From Tubiluchus corallicola (lineage: Eukaryota; Animalia; Priapulida), in contig JAQGDQ010001524.1 in the NCBI GenBank assembly GCA_030141605.1, forward strand, positions 1-36,528: a stretch of 36,528 bases of DNA, written 5' to 3'. The position numbers and the translations under genes are program-made. Below, in pieces: positions 22,031 to 33,867 of this stretch. Position 1 is the first letter of the stretch, and every line of letters begins with the position of its first letter. A model generated the notes under the pieces. The model did not search any database. It saw only the letters and a program-made list of their open reading frames with translations, and was not told where the DNA came from.

Positions 22031-22398
22031 ACAAAAAGATTTGCTAGTGAAGTATTTGCAACCAGCCCACGTTATGCTTGTGAAGATGATGAAACTAGTC
22101 AAAAAACGGTGTACAAAAAAGAAGACTGAGTTTCAAAAAATTTCAAATGAAAAGAGCAAGAAGCTGGAGGAAAGAGAGACATGACGAATGTGCAGCAAAA
22201 ATGGCAGAAACTTTGAAAGACCCGGGTCGTACAATGACGTCATAAATTCGATTTCAACCAACACAAGATGTAGGTAAATAATTAACTGCACTTGATTAGT
22301 ACACCATAATAGATTTATACATCTAACACGCAGGTACCAGTAAACTGCATTATACACAACAAAAATTCTGTGTTGCACGTGGCGTGGGAACCGTGGAT

Positions 22399-22429
22399 CA
22401 TTATTATTATTATTATTATTGTTATTATT

Positions 22430-22495
<66 letters not shown>

Positions 22496-23158
22496 TTCAA
22501 AAACTATGTACAGAATACATTCCCTCTATTTGTAGGGATATGTTTAAAATTTCTAAAAGTATTTACAACGTATTAAACCTATTCACATATATATATATAA
22601 TTTAGAATCCAACGCATGAAACATTGAACGACAACGATCATATACAATAGACATAGTTACAAATTATAATCCAACACTACATACATACATAATAAAAGAT
22701 AACGAACAGATTTTAATACTTAGTAACAAAAATTTACACACATTATACAGAATGAAAAACAGTGAGTACAATTATAATAAATATAATTACCAATTCTAAT
22801 ATAAATTCACATAATCATAAATAAAAACAAAACAGATTATAGAAAACACGACGAGAGTTGTAAAATTTCATCACCAACAGGCTGTTTATATACGGGCGAA
22901 AGACGATAGGAATTCATCCGAGATAAGATTTGCAAAAGCATTTATAGCATTATTATCTCGGCTAGAGAAAACATATTCCGAAACCAAAATAGGCAAAGTG
23001 CTAATAAAATCATTGGCTTGGTTTACTAATGTACATTCAAATAATAAATGATGTACAGACTGAGGGCTTAATAAGCAGTTACATGTGCTATTAGGAGCCT
23101 GCCCAATTTTGTACAAAAATTCCTTAAAATTTCCCTGTTTAAGTAATAAACTGAAAGC
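22399..23158 (-). mobile_element. I-group/R1-like LINE 3' fragment (CCHC zinc knuckle, 3' UTR, (TAA)n tail)
   Basis: Minus strand GNFKEFLYKIGQAPNSTCNCLLSPQSVHHLLFEC = C-x-C-x8-H-x4-C knuckle; (ATT)n at 22399-22495 sits where the tail would be. Confidence 0.8.
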
Positions 23159-23862
23159 TTAAAACTTCTAATTTTCTCCTACCCAGAAAGGCAGGGAATT
23201 GCATGGGTATTAAAACCATGTAGTGCGTCAAGCTATCTAGAGCCCGACCGGGCAGCACATACTTGTGTTTTGACAGAGTTTGGGCAAAAGATTACAATAT
23301 CGTTTAACTGAAACCCATTAACTTGAAAATCAATGCAAAACTCTATATTATTTCAGACTCTAGATTCAGTCATTTGTTGCTGACTAGCTAAAATAGAGAC
23401 ATCTTCATCAGATATGAGAGAAATGCAACTTAAACTAGCGTGCCAATTCTACAAAATTCACACTAACTTGCAAAACGGTATTCGGTAACTAGTTAAACCT
23501 ACAGCATAGAAGAAAGATTGGTTTGAATCTGTGCTGTTCTATAAGTAATATACGTCAGTACTGTCGCTACGACAGCTTCCACTTTTCCTGTTCGCTAAAG
23601 AACAGTAATAAGTGGGTTTTTATTAATCTATCTATTAATTTATTTGCAATACTGCAAAGATGACAAATAAGAATTAAAAAAGGTAAGGCTTAATTTTTCA
23701 TAATAGGCTTTATTTATTATATTATAGTATAATATAATATTTTACTATATGCTCTTAATTTTATATATAATAATTAATTTTATTTCTTATTAACTTAAAC
23801 ACATTCATAGTTAAAAGAATATAACTTTATTAAAACTTTTACTTTACGTAGTTAAAAATCAT

Positions 23863-23904
23863 GCCTAACGTTTCGACAAACCTACTGCTGTCATCATCAG
23901 TGGC
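23863..23904 (-). ncRNA. Minimal type-I hammerhead ribozyme (intact catalytic core)
   Basis: GCCA-CUGAUGA-U-GACAG-caguaggu-UUGUC-GAAA-CGUU-AGGC: both conserved boxes, 5-bp stem II, palindromic ACGU stem III, stem I GCC/GGC with an A:A mismatch. Confidence 0.75.
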
Positions 23905-23942
23905 TCTGCCTGTTTAAACTGATTGTACGTTTGCAGAATTTA

Positions 23943-23981
23943 CCATTGATGATGACAGCAGAGCTCTGTCGAAACGTTTGG
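23943..23981 (+). ncRNA. Minimal type-I hammerhead ribozyme (C3U variant)
   Basis: CCA-UUGAUGA-U-GACAG-cagagcu-CUGUC-GAAA-CGUU-UGG: perfect stem II and stem I CCA/UGG. Confidence 0.7.
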
Positions 23982-24697
23982 CATGATTTTCAACTATGCA
24001 AAGTAAACGTTTTAATAGAGGTAAGGCTTATCTTTAATTATGAGCATTTTTGCGCCCATTTTAGTGCACTGGAACGTTTTTCTTTCCCTTTTCTATCCCT
24101 ACATTTCTCAGTTTCTTCCTCACTGAAACGGCGCATCACTGAAAATTTTATAATTTTATCAAGTTTTAGTTCAGTTCAAACTTGATTTATTTATAGTGGA
24201 TTTACAATCAAACTGGGTCTGATACAGGTGTCTCCACGTGCAAATGCTGAGTACCAAGTGCTAGTAAAAGAATAATGGTTTCCCCAATTAATATCACACT
24301 CGATTCGATAAAACAATTGACTCAATTACACTCAGCAGATGGTGATTAAACTTACTTACACGAACAGGATAAACGATATTTTTTAATAACAACAATAATA
24401 ATAAAAATACATTTACAACGTAAGTTGGCTGGTTAATCATTTAAACAGTAAATTCTATTTTATTGCAAAGCAAAAAGTTTGATTCAATAAACAGCTGTAA
24501 TAAACTATGGATAATAAAGCAAGATGGATGACCAGTTTTGAATTTTTCGGTATAATATTACAGGATTATATTTTTGCAAAGATTCACGTGTTACAATTTG
24601 CTGGTCGACTAGGTCGTCTAATAATGTCGTTCTAGCTCTATCATATTTTACCCGTTAGAAAATGTAATGGTAAGAACTTTCTGAACTCTGCTTTTAA

Positions 24698-25142
24698 CCC
24701 TTTCATACCCGTTGTATCCCGTGGGATACGAGAATATTTTCTGCTTTTAAAATTAATAAAATTTTAAAACTGAAAGTTATTTGATCTGTTAATAGTTATT
24801 TTGATTTAAGCCAATAACAATAGACTAAAAATGGTGATAAAATGGCAAACTAAAAATCTACATAGCATAAAAACTGTGCAAGTTACAGTACTTTAGAGAT
24901 GACTTTGTACAGATCAGCATAGCGTGCATACTAAATGTCTTAAATACTTTAAAAAATTATCAGCAGTTGCTTTTTATCCTTCCATTGAATCCCAATGTAT
25001 CCCGTGGGATACAGGCTATATTTAGCACACGGGCACAGGTAGAAAAAATAATTATTATGTGCAAACAAGATGGACATACTGAAGAAAAGTACCAAAACAA
25101 TTTTTTTTTTCTTATTAAAAAAATAATTTGGGACTGAAAGGG
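24698..25142. mobile_element. piggyBac-like MITE (445 bp) with TTAA TSD
   Basis: TTAA|CCCTTTCATACCC...GGGACTGAAAGGG|TTAA; two internal GTATCCCGTGGGATAC palindromes. Confidence 0.9.
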
Positions 25143-25179
25143 TTAATATCTATCGTGAATGTATAGTGATTCTGTTTAA

Positions 25180-26182
25180 AGTAAAACAGGACCCATTCTT
25201 AAACTACAGATCAAAACATCTACCTTATTAAAAATTAAAAGAGAACTATAGAAAATATTGAAATATTTTTCGAAAATAACTTACGCGTACCAATTATTAG
25301 CAAAGAAACGTAATTTCGAGTTCGCTCGGCTAGTTCTTTGTTATAAAACAGCCGCGGAAAAGAGGAAAATCGGCTATATAATAATATTATATATAATATA
25401 ATAATAATAACAATAAAATATACATAATATATAAAAATTTTATATAATATATAACTAAACATACCTGGAGTGTTAATATATAGACTACACAAAAATAAGA
25501 AGTATGTCTACTCAAAGACAAAAAAATGGCATTATTGGTGGCTTTTCAATTTTGATTTTTTTAATATTTGAATTTTGGTAAAACTCAGTGTAAAAACAGT
25601 TTTTTTGTGACCATCATACCCACGTGGAAAAAAATTATGGTTTGATACAGGATAACCCAACAATAATGCTCCACTGTGATCTGCATAGAACAGCGTTTTT
25701 ATCATGTAAAATGAACGAAATGATTCTCAACGTCCATTATAGTTATTATTTAATGTAATCGAATTCAAGTTAGAAAATTAGAATTTTTTTTAAAAAAATC
25801 GAGAGCTGTTGTGTAACTTAGCCTTATTACAGTGAAATGCGATTATAAGTGTCGGCAAAGAGTTATTAGATTAACTCGGAGATTGTAACAAAACACGCGG
25901 GATACTTGATCGATAATTTTCCAATAAAATTTGCTTAAATATGTGTTATTTTCATACTTGATCCATAATTTTCCAATAAAATTTGTTTAAATTTGAGTTA
26001 TTTTCATACTTGATCGATAATTTTCCAAAAATTTTTTTTAAATTTGAGTTATTTCACACTTGATCGATAATTTTCCAATAAATTTTTTTTAAATTTGGGT
26101 TATTTTCATTGACGAGTTGAAATAAATTGAAATAAGTAAAATTAGAATTTATTTAAATTCCGAATAAAACACCTGACTTCCT
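25180..26182 (+). mobile_element. Diverged relative of Kolobok-like family A containing a 52-bp x4 tandem repeat (25902-26109)
   Basis: TTAA|AGTAAAACAGGACCCATTCTTAAAC...; first ~170 bp align with family A; candidate right end ACCTGACTTCCT at 26171-26182. Confidence 0.5.
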
Positions 26183-26401
26183 TTTTTAATTAATATGTGT
26201 CAGGAGAATATATATAACAAATGATAAATACAGCTGCATGTGGGCTTTTAGACTTGTTGGACACTTCATATTATAAATTTACGAAAGTTTTTACTTATAC
26301 TACGCATGCGCTTAAATTATAATGAAATTAAATTATGTTAATTGAAACCTGTAAAGAAAAAATGTTTATTTAACTTTAAAGTGTTTTCAAACTTAGTTTA
26401 A

Positions 26402-26993
26402 AGCAAAAACGGAACCAATGTTAAACTGTAGGTCAAAACAATCTACTCTTTAAATATTGAAAGGAAACACACCATTTAAAGAATGACTTACGTGAAAGAA
26501 TTATTGTCACACAAACGCAATTTCACGTTCGCGCCACTAGTTCTTCGCTGTTACATGTATTTCGCCATTAACTAGTTAGACCCTGCATTTCACAAACAAA
26601 TTGCACAAAAACAGGTGCTGTACCTCTCAGTTCAGATGTGTTAGTTTGTGACGAGCTACACACGTTCGACAGCCCATGCGTAAATTTGAAATTTGAATTT
26701 GTATCTTAAAACTTGCCTAGTTTTAGTACAACACACTGAATATCTTACAGTAGCACTGTACTTCAATTTTCTTTTTCGCAAACACGTGCAACACGCTCAT
26801 GGAATATTTTTGCAGCTGAAAATTATATTAGTTTGTGATGTCATCAATAGTTGGGCTCGCCTGCCGTTAATTAAGTTTTTAATAAATTATTTTATTATCA
26901 GAATTGCTTTTGATTGTATTAATTGTGTTAAAATGTATACTTTTTATCGGATTTGAAAATGGGGTAGTATATGAAAAATCATCCCGTCTTCCT
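26402..26993 (+). mobile_element. Kolobok-like family A copy 4
   Basis: TTAA|AGCAAAAACGGA...TCCCGTCTTCCT|TTAA. Confidence 0.8.
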
Positions 26994-27220
26994 TTAAATT
27001 ATACTATATGAACCATAAACTTTATTATTTTTAGGGAAAAACAACAGACTGATAATCGCGCGATTCGAATAGCACAGACATATTTCAATGTAAGCGGTTA
27101 ATACAATAACACAATATGCGGATAAAGTAATATTTCTGACGCTAATTTTTGCAAAAATTGTGAAGTCTTGACCAGTTTCAGGCGAATTACCGGCCAGACC
27201 ATATACCTCAGCAGAGAGTT

Positions 27221-27884
27221 TTGTTGGAACGGCGCATAAGGAATCGGGTTAATTCTACACGTTGTGTAACCTACTTGGAATTGAACCCCGGTCTCGAAAC
27301 TCCTCGTTTTGAATCGACAATATTTGAGCATCGTCGGATAAGCTTCACAAGAATGCGTCTTCAGTCACATGGGCTGGGGATAGAAACGGGTAGATGGGCG
27401 AGACAGCCAAGGGAAAATAGGTTATGTCCTTGTGGGGACATTCAAACTGAGAAACACGTTATACAGACACGCCCCCTAACATCTAATATTAGAAACCGCT
27501 ACGATAATGAAAACTTTTCTGATTTAACTCACTTCTTTGAGCACACTAATTGTTATATAATATGTTATGAAATTTTGCAACTTTTATGCTGATGTACCTT
27601 GTATGCATAACACTGTTTTAATGCTATAACCTTGAGTAGGAAATGTACGTAAAGTGACATTTGGACTAAAATTACTAATGTATCGATTATGGCATTTACT
27701 TCGTTCCTCGTGTATACATGTAACTTGTTTAGTCAATAAACTACATACATACATACATACATACATACATACATACATACATACATACATACATACATAC
27801 ATACATACATACATACATACATACATACATACATACATACATACATACATACATACATACATACATACATACATACATACATAA
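27221..27884 (+). mobile_element. LINE 3' fragment (RTEX-like zinc-finger C-terminus) with AATAAA and (TACA)n tail
   Basis: RMRLQSHGLGIETGRWARQPRENRLCPCGDIQTEKHVIQTRP matches the R.R..SH.L.IE.GR...R..RLC.C....E.H....CP motif (last Cys mutated); AATAAA at 27735-27740 directly before (TACA)n at 27742-27882. Confidence 0.82.
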
Positions 27885-28609
27885 ATATCGTACCGGATTA
27901 TGAAATTTCCGTAAAACAAAAAGTGTTGTTCCTTTACACAAATCTATTATATCCTATTTCTAAACGAAAATGTCGGCAGTTGGAAAAAATGGCGGTCTCA
28001 TTTAGCCAAACAGACATGCATTGGCAGTGCTGCTACAGAGTTGACTGACGTACCATGATCGATCACGCATCATATGATGACAACAAAATTGTGCACAATA
28101 AAACAATCTCTTGCCGACCAGCCAGATTGTGACAGTTGCACGTATAGAAGGCGGAACTTATGAAAGCAAAAGATGCTTTCAAACTTTTCCACACATTAGA
28201 ATTTAGTTTGTTCGGAAATAAAGTCGGTTTGAGTAATTTATATTCATGAAGTTGCGCGTAGCAGACTTGGAGAATTTCACTGCAAATCGCAGGGCACTCA
28301 TAATACGTTTTCGTCAAAAACAAATTTTTAATTCTTTTTTCTCGCGCTTCTAGATGCAATTGAAAATCTTCGTGTTGGAAACATATACGTTTCAATATGC
28401 ACGCATAACTAATTATTTAGATGTAACTAGACAGTCATAATATTGTAATCAAACGGTCAATTTGGGCATTTTTGATTGACCATTTTATATCGGCTTTCGC
28501 AAGAATGTTCTGCACTCTTGAGTTATCATTTAAAATTGAACGTTGATGAAAAAATTCAAAAATTAACTGAAAAAAATACTAGTTTTCAAAGAAATTAAGG
28601 ATAATTAAT

Positions 28610-28817
<208 letters not shown>

Positions 28818-29171
28818 AGGAGCACATCAAAGTTTCTCCTACATTTACAAATTAAAACCTACTGCACACAAAAAACTCAAGTGAACAGCAAAAAACGTCA
28901 GTAAAGAACCCAATTTCAATTTCATACGTTTAGTATTTTACAAAAAATTATTTTTGTAAACATTGTATATGTGTTAAACTTTCCGAACTGTTTGAAAGTT
29001 TTATGTACTGAGGTAATTAATTACAGCCTCACTTGTGTTTTTAATTGCAAAATTATTTTATTGTATAACATTACTACTCACAGCAGTGGGAAAACTGGTT
29101 ATACTATCAACTTTCGAATGTGTAGTTTACCGTTTAACGATGTGAAATTTTAATAGCAATAAAGAATTTTA

Positions 29172-29289
<118 letters not shown>

Positions 29290-30094
29290 CAACACACAAC
29301 AAAATGTGCATTCTTATTGTTATTTCACCTTACTAATTTTGTATAATTGTCTCTTTATTTGCATTTCATCATGTCACCAACTTTCACCAGTCATCATTCA
29401 TTCTCATCCTCGCTTGCTCACATCCTTTCCTTTCATTTTTTATTCAAACGCATGTAGGCCTATTACTCGAAATTTCACAGCCAGGAACTTGGCTTCCTTA
29501 ATACCCTGCAACACAAATCATTTAAGTGGGTAGCTAATCTAATCATTTTTTTTCAAAATTCGTTACAATGTCACGAATTGTGAGATAGATAAATGAAAAT
29601 ATAAAAAGAAATTTCTTACCCTACTCAAATACATCTTGCTTTGTCTAAGTTTTATCCATATTTCAGTTTGTGGGTTCTGTACCTAAAAAATTGTAACTGT
29701 TTGAAAGAGTGACGCGGTAAAAATAGCTGTTTAAATTCTGATGTGATAACATATTAAATGAAGCCATTGTATAAGAGCAACTGGTGTGTTTTAAACTCCA
29801 ACTCATTTAATACGTAACCAAAACTTTATTTTCATAATGGACCTGTCTTTTGGAAATTTTAAACTTAAAATGATCTTAAAAATCAAACAGAATAATTTTA
29901 ATGAACATGAAATTACTGCAAACACACAAAAAACATCAATACATGTTTCAACACGCTGCTGGCGCCACCATCTGTGGAATGAAGAACTACAACAACAAAG
30001 GTGCGTTATATAGACAGGAGATAATTACCTGTTACCTGCAGAAGCCCGCGAATGAGTGAAACACTTTGGCAACAACTGAGAGCTGGGAGAAGCG

Positions 30095-30197
30095 AAACAG
30101 AGGGGTGGTTAGGATTTAGGGGGTGGATAGAAAAAAAACAGAAGGGTGGGTCGGATTTAGGGGGTGGGTAGAAACGAAAGAAGGGGTGGTTAGGATT
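30095..30197 (+). repeat. G-rich ~40-bp repeat x2.5
   Basis: ga.ggggtggttaggatttagggggtgg.tagaaa repeated. Confidence 0.75.
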
Positions 30198-30476
30198 CAG
30201 TGAAAAGGCTGGAATCAGTTAATTGAAAAAAGGTATGGGAAAAGGGTTTAAAACTATTGCATTAGTTTAAAATTTAAATTAATTTAAACAGTGCGCGCTT
30301 ATGAAAAGCCACGATGCGCATACGAAATGTCACGAGGTGAACCAGTTACGTCACAAGTTCAAATGAATGGCGACAACCCCCGCGCATGAAAATTTCTCTA
30401 GCATAAATTAAGTTTCTGGCTTATAGACAACTTTTTGCAAATTCGTTTGATACATTTTTCTAGGTTTAAGTGATAA

Positions 30477-31315
30477 CAGTAAAATAAACCAAATATGCTA
30501 AATGACTTGTCTTTTCCTTTAACTAAATATTCATGTAAACTGAAAAGATCAGTTACATAGCTGCGCCACGTGACTAGGTTCAATGACATAGAAACAACAT
30601 AAAGCATTTGATAGAAACTTCTGGACAGACGGACAAACAAACAAACAAAGAATAAACCAAATAAATAAACCAGTAAAATAAACCAAACATGCTAAATGAC
30701 ATGTCCTTTCCTTTAACTAAATATTCATGCAAACTGAAAAGATCACCACGTGACTAGGCTCAGTGACAGAGAAAAAACATGAAGCATTTCATAGAAACTT
30801 CTGGGCAGACAGACAGACAAACAAACAAACAAACAAACAAACAAACAAACAAACAAAGAATAAACCAAATAAATGAACCAGTAAAATAAACCAAACATGC
30901 TAAATGACGTGTCCTTTCCTTTAACTAAATATTCATGTAAACTGAAAAGAAAAAACATAAAGCATTTCATAGAAACTTCCTGACAGACAGACAAACAAAC
31001 AAACAAAGAATAAACCAAATAAATAAACCAGTAAAATAAACCAACCATGCTAAATGACTTGTCTTTTCCTTTAACTAAATATTCATGTAAACTGAAAAGA
31101 AACAACATAAAGCATTTCATAGAAACTTCCTGACAGACAGACAAACAAACAAACAAAGAATAAACCAAATAAATAAACCAGTAAAATAAACCAACCATAC
31201 TAAATGACGTGTCCTTTCCTTTAACTAAATATTCATGTAAACTGAAAAGAAAAAACATAAAGCATTTCATAGAAACTTCTGGACAGACGGACAAACAAAC
31301 AGACAAACAAAGAAA
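30477..31315 (+). repeat. ~150-bp core tandem array (5 units) with (GACA)(AACA)n microsatellite in each unit; Helentron/HINE-like architecture
   Basis: CAGTAAAATAAACC at 30477, 30671, 30879, 31029 and 31179 (periods 194, 208, 150, 150). Confidence 0.85.
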
Positions 31316-31939
31316 AGATCATAGCTGAAACAGATAAAATGTAAATAGAATGGAACTTCGTAAAACAGATTTACCATCCATATAAAAAGTGGGATTATGT
31401 AGATTAAATTTGAGGAAGAGGTATTCAGAGATTAAACGATACTGCTGATTTAAGTCGAGGCTGGAGTTATTGTTGTGCCTATCGTACCCAGGGAAGTATT
31501 AATCATCTATATAAAGCTGACACTCGGCGCTTCTGGCCTGCCACGATCAACGTCAAGACTTTCTATTCTGTATGATTTATGTGATAATAATTATGGGAGG
31601 CGCGTAGAGTCCAACAACGCAACTTCGGTTCATTTAGCCAATCCATCATCGACCAGGTCTAGTCATTTGCACTAATGCACTGGCACAAATACACGCAACC
31701 TTTCTGTTGTTCTGTTCGTGCGCATTTGTAACGAGATGATGCAGACATTTCAATTATTAACATCAATCCTTGGGGTCCAGACGCCACCAACCAACCAACA
31801 AACTTCCGGAAATACAACATTATACAGAGCAGGCTTAACTAGGCAAACTAGGCACTACTAGGGCGCAAAATTCTAGAAGAAATTCTTTAATTTTTAAGTT
31901 TACCATAAGTAATAACATAATGTATGTGTAATTGGTCAA

Positions 31940-32691
31940 AGGACAAGAAAAGGGGTACCGGAAGTAGGTTTCAGAAAAGTCGCCTTAAAAATTTATATTA
32001 CTTTACAACATTTTGATGCATATATTTTATATGTTATATGTTAAAAGGAATTTTTGTTTGTTTTCATTTTATATCTCCCGCAATACTGCTCCTACGGCGC
32101 CATTATATGACGTCATGTGCGCAAACGTAAATCAGGGAAAGAAAAGGAAATGTTAAATTATGTCCCAAAAAACTTTCCGGCAAATCTATATTATTTAGCA
32201 TTTCGCTAACCTACTGGAAAGACTTATGTAACTAGAAATAATAATTTAAAACGTTCGTAGTAAAATGTCGTTGACTCACCTCCAGGGTGCACCACTCACT
32301 CACCAAAAGAGTGTTTCTAACCTCATTGACAAGATACAGTAATTTAAAGTTGCAGTTAGTAACATGTATGCTACAAATGCTATTTTTCAAACTTCACGCA
32401 ATGTTGTCTAAACTTGTTTCAAACGACCGGCCACTAAAATGGCTGCGCCTACTGCCGACGCAAGTCCTGCCTGCAAAAAGGCAGTAATTAAGTGGTATAA
32501 ACTTTCAAGACGAATTTTTAAGCTTTATATAAGTAGAGGGTTGCTTGTATTTTAAGCGCCCAACGCTTTAATATGAAATGAACTAATACGTTATTTTAGT
32601 ATCAAAATAAACCGCAATAGAATGGAAGCCTTCAGTACCGCAATATAGATATAGAACACGATACTGGCAGATACCGAACAGCAAAAAAGAT
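31940..32691 (+). mobile_element. Kolobok-like family B copy 1
   Basis: TCAA|AGGACAAGAAAAGGGGTACC...; homologous to 33868-34552 (+) and 36004-36403 (-). Confidence 0.65.
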
Positions 32692-32735
32692 ATATTTAAT
32701 TGTTTATTTATTCATTCATTCAGTCATTTATTCAC

Positions 32736-33092
32736 TTGTTGATAGTTATATAAAAAATGACGGTAGCCAAAGTGTTGAAAAACATAGATCAGTTTAAAAA
32801 TGAGTTGTAATCGTTTTGTGCATATTATATTCAACTATGTTCAATATTGTGCTGTGCATGTATATCATATATATGTTTGTTTATTTATGTAAATAAATAT
32901 ACGTATACTTGTACTTTACTTTTTAAAGCTTCAGTAAAGTTTAGATAGCCAAAACAGTTACGGCAGCGACACAGCGTAACATTGAACATAGCTGAATATA
33001 ATACGCGCAAAACGATTGCAACTCATTTTTCAACTGATTTGTGTTTTTTCAACACTTTAGCTATCGCCATCTTTTGAAATAACCGTCAATAA
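32736..33092. mobile_element. Foldback MITE with ~120-bp inverted arms
   Basis: 32736-32856 vs 32970-33092 reverse-complementary; differences mostly transitions. Confidence 0.82.
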
Positions 33093-33867
33093 ATAAAAAC
33101 AGTAAAAAATTATACCCAAAAAATTGGTAGTGACGGTGCTGTCAATTTTTAAATCGACAGCTCATTATCAAAAATTTTGGATAATTTTGCCTAATAATTA
33201 TTTTTGCCACCACTGCAACTTTTGTCTTTATTTACTTCGAGTCGTGTTTCTTTTCTGTACTAATCAGACACAATTTTACAGGAAACTTTTTCATCACATG
33301 TCCGAAGCTGACGTTTGTTAAATAATACATTGATTATATATAAATCATTGTAATCATTGTAAATGAAATTAATTGAATTACTATTCTGAAACCTTTACAA
33401 TCAAAACAAACGCCGCGATGCACACTCAAAAGGGACTCCGGGAGAGGTTTTTCAGCGTGCTTGTTGAAGCTGTAGAAAGAGGTGATCAGGACCAATGATT
33501 ACGCAATGTATCCGGCTAACCAAATATTAGGCTCCGTTATCTAAACATTAAGCTTTATTATAACTCTGTTTGCACAGGCTCGAGTTTTGCTTGGCCGTTT
33601 TATTGAAGATCAACATCTAAAGTGACTCAGTCAGGAGATATTTGAAAGAGAGAACGTTTGTTTTACCTGAGAATATAAACGGAATATGGATTACATTTAC
33701 CTAGGCAGGTGTGGACCTATTTGCAGTTGCATTTTCTTTACCTATACAATAAGTTAATGAAATATCTGTGTCTATTTTCGTCTATTTTACTTCAACCGTA
33801 GTGAATAAAACAGTTTTTTTACCAAACGTTAGCAAGACACGAGACCTCCATGCTTAAAAAGCCTTAA

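Larger units (their letters stand above)
23793..24022. mobile_element. Inverted pair of Penelope-like pLTR fragments
   Basis: 23823-23903 is the reverse complement of 23943-24022; each arm holds a hammerhead motif followed by an AATAAA-like signal; third copy at 1085-1231. Confidence 0.75.

Noticed and set aside
30105-30197. TTAGG/TTTAGGG telomere-like words
   Set aside because: Isolated within a 40-bp repeat, not a tandem telomeric array.
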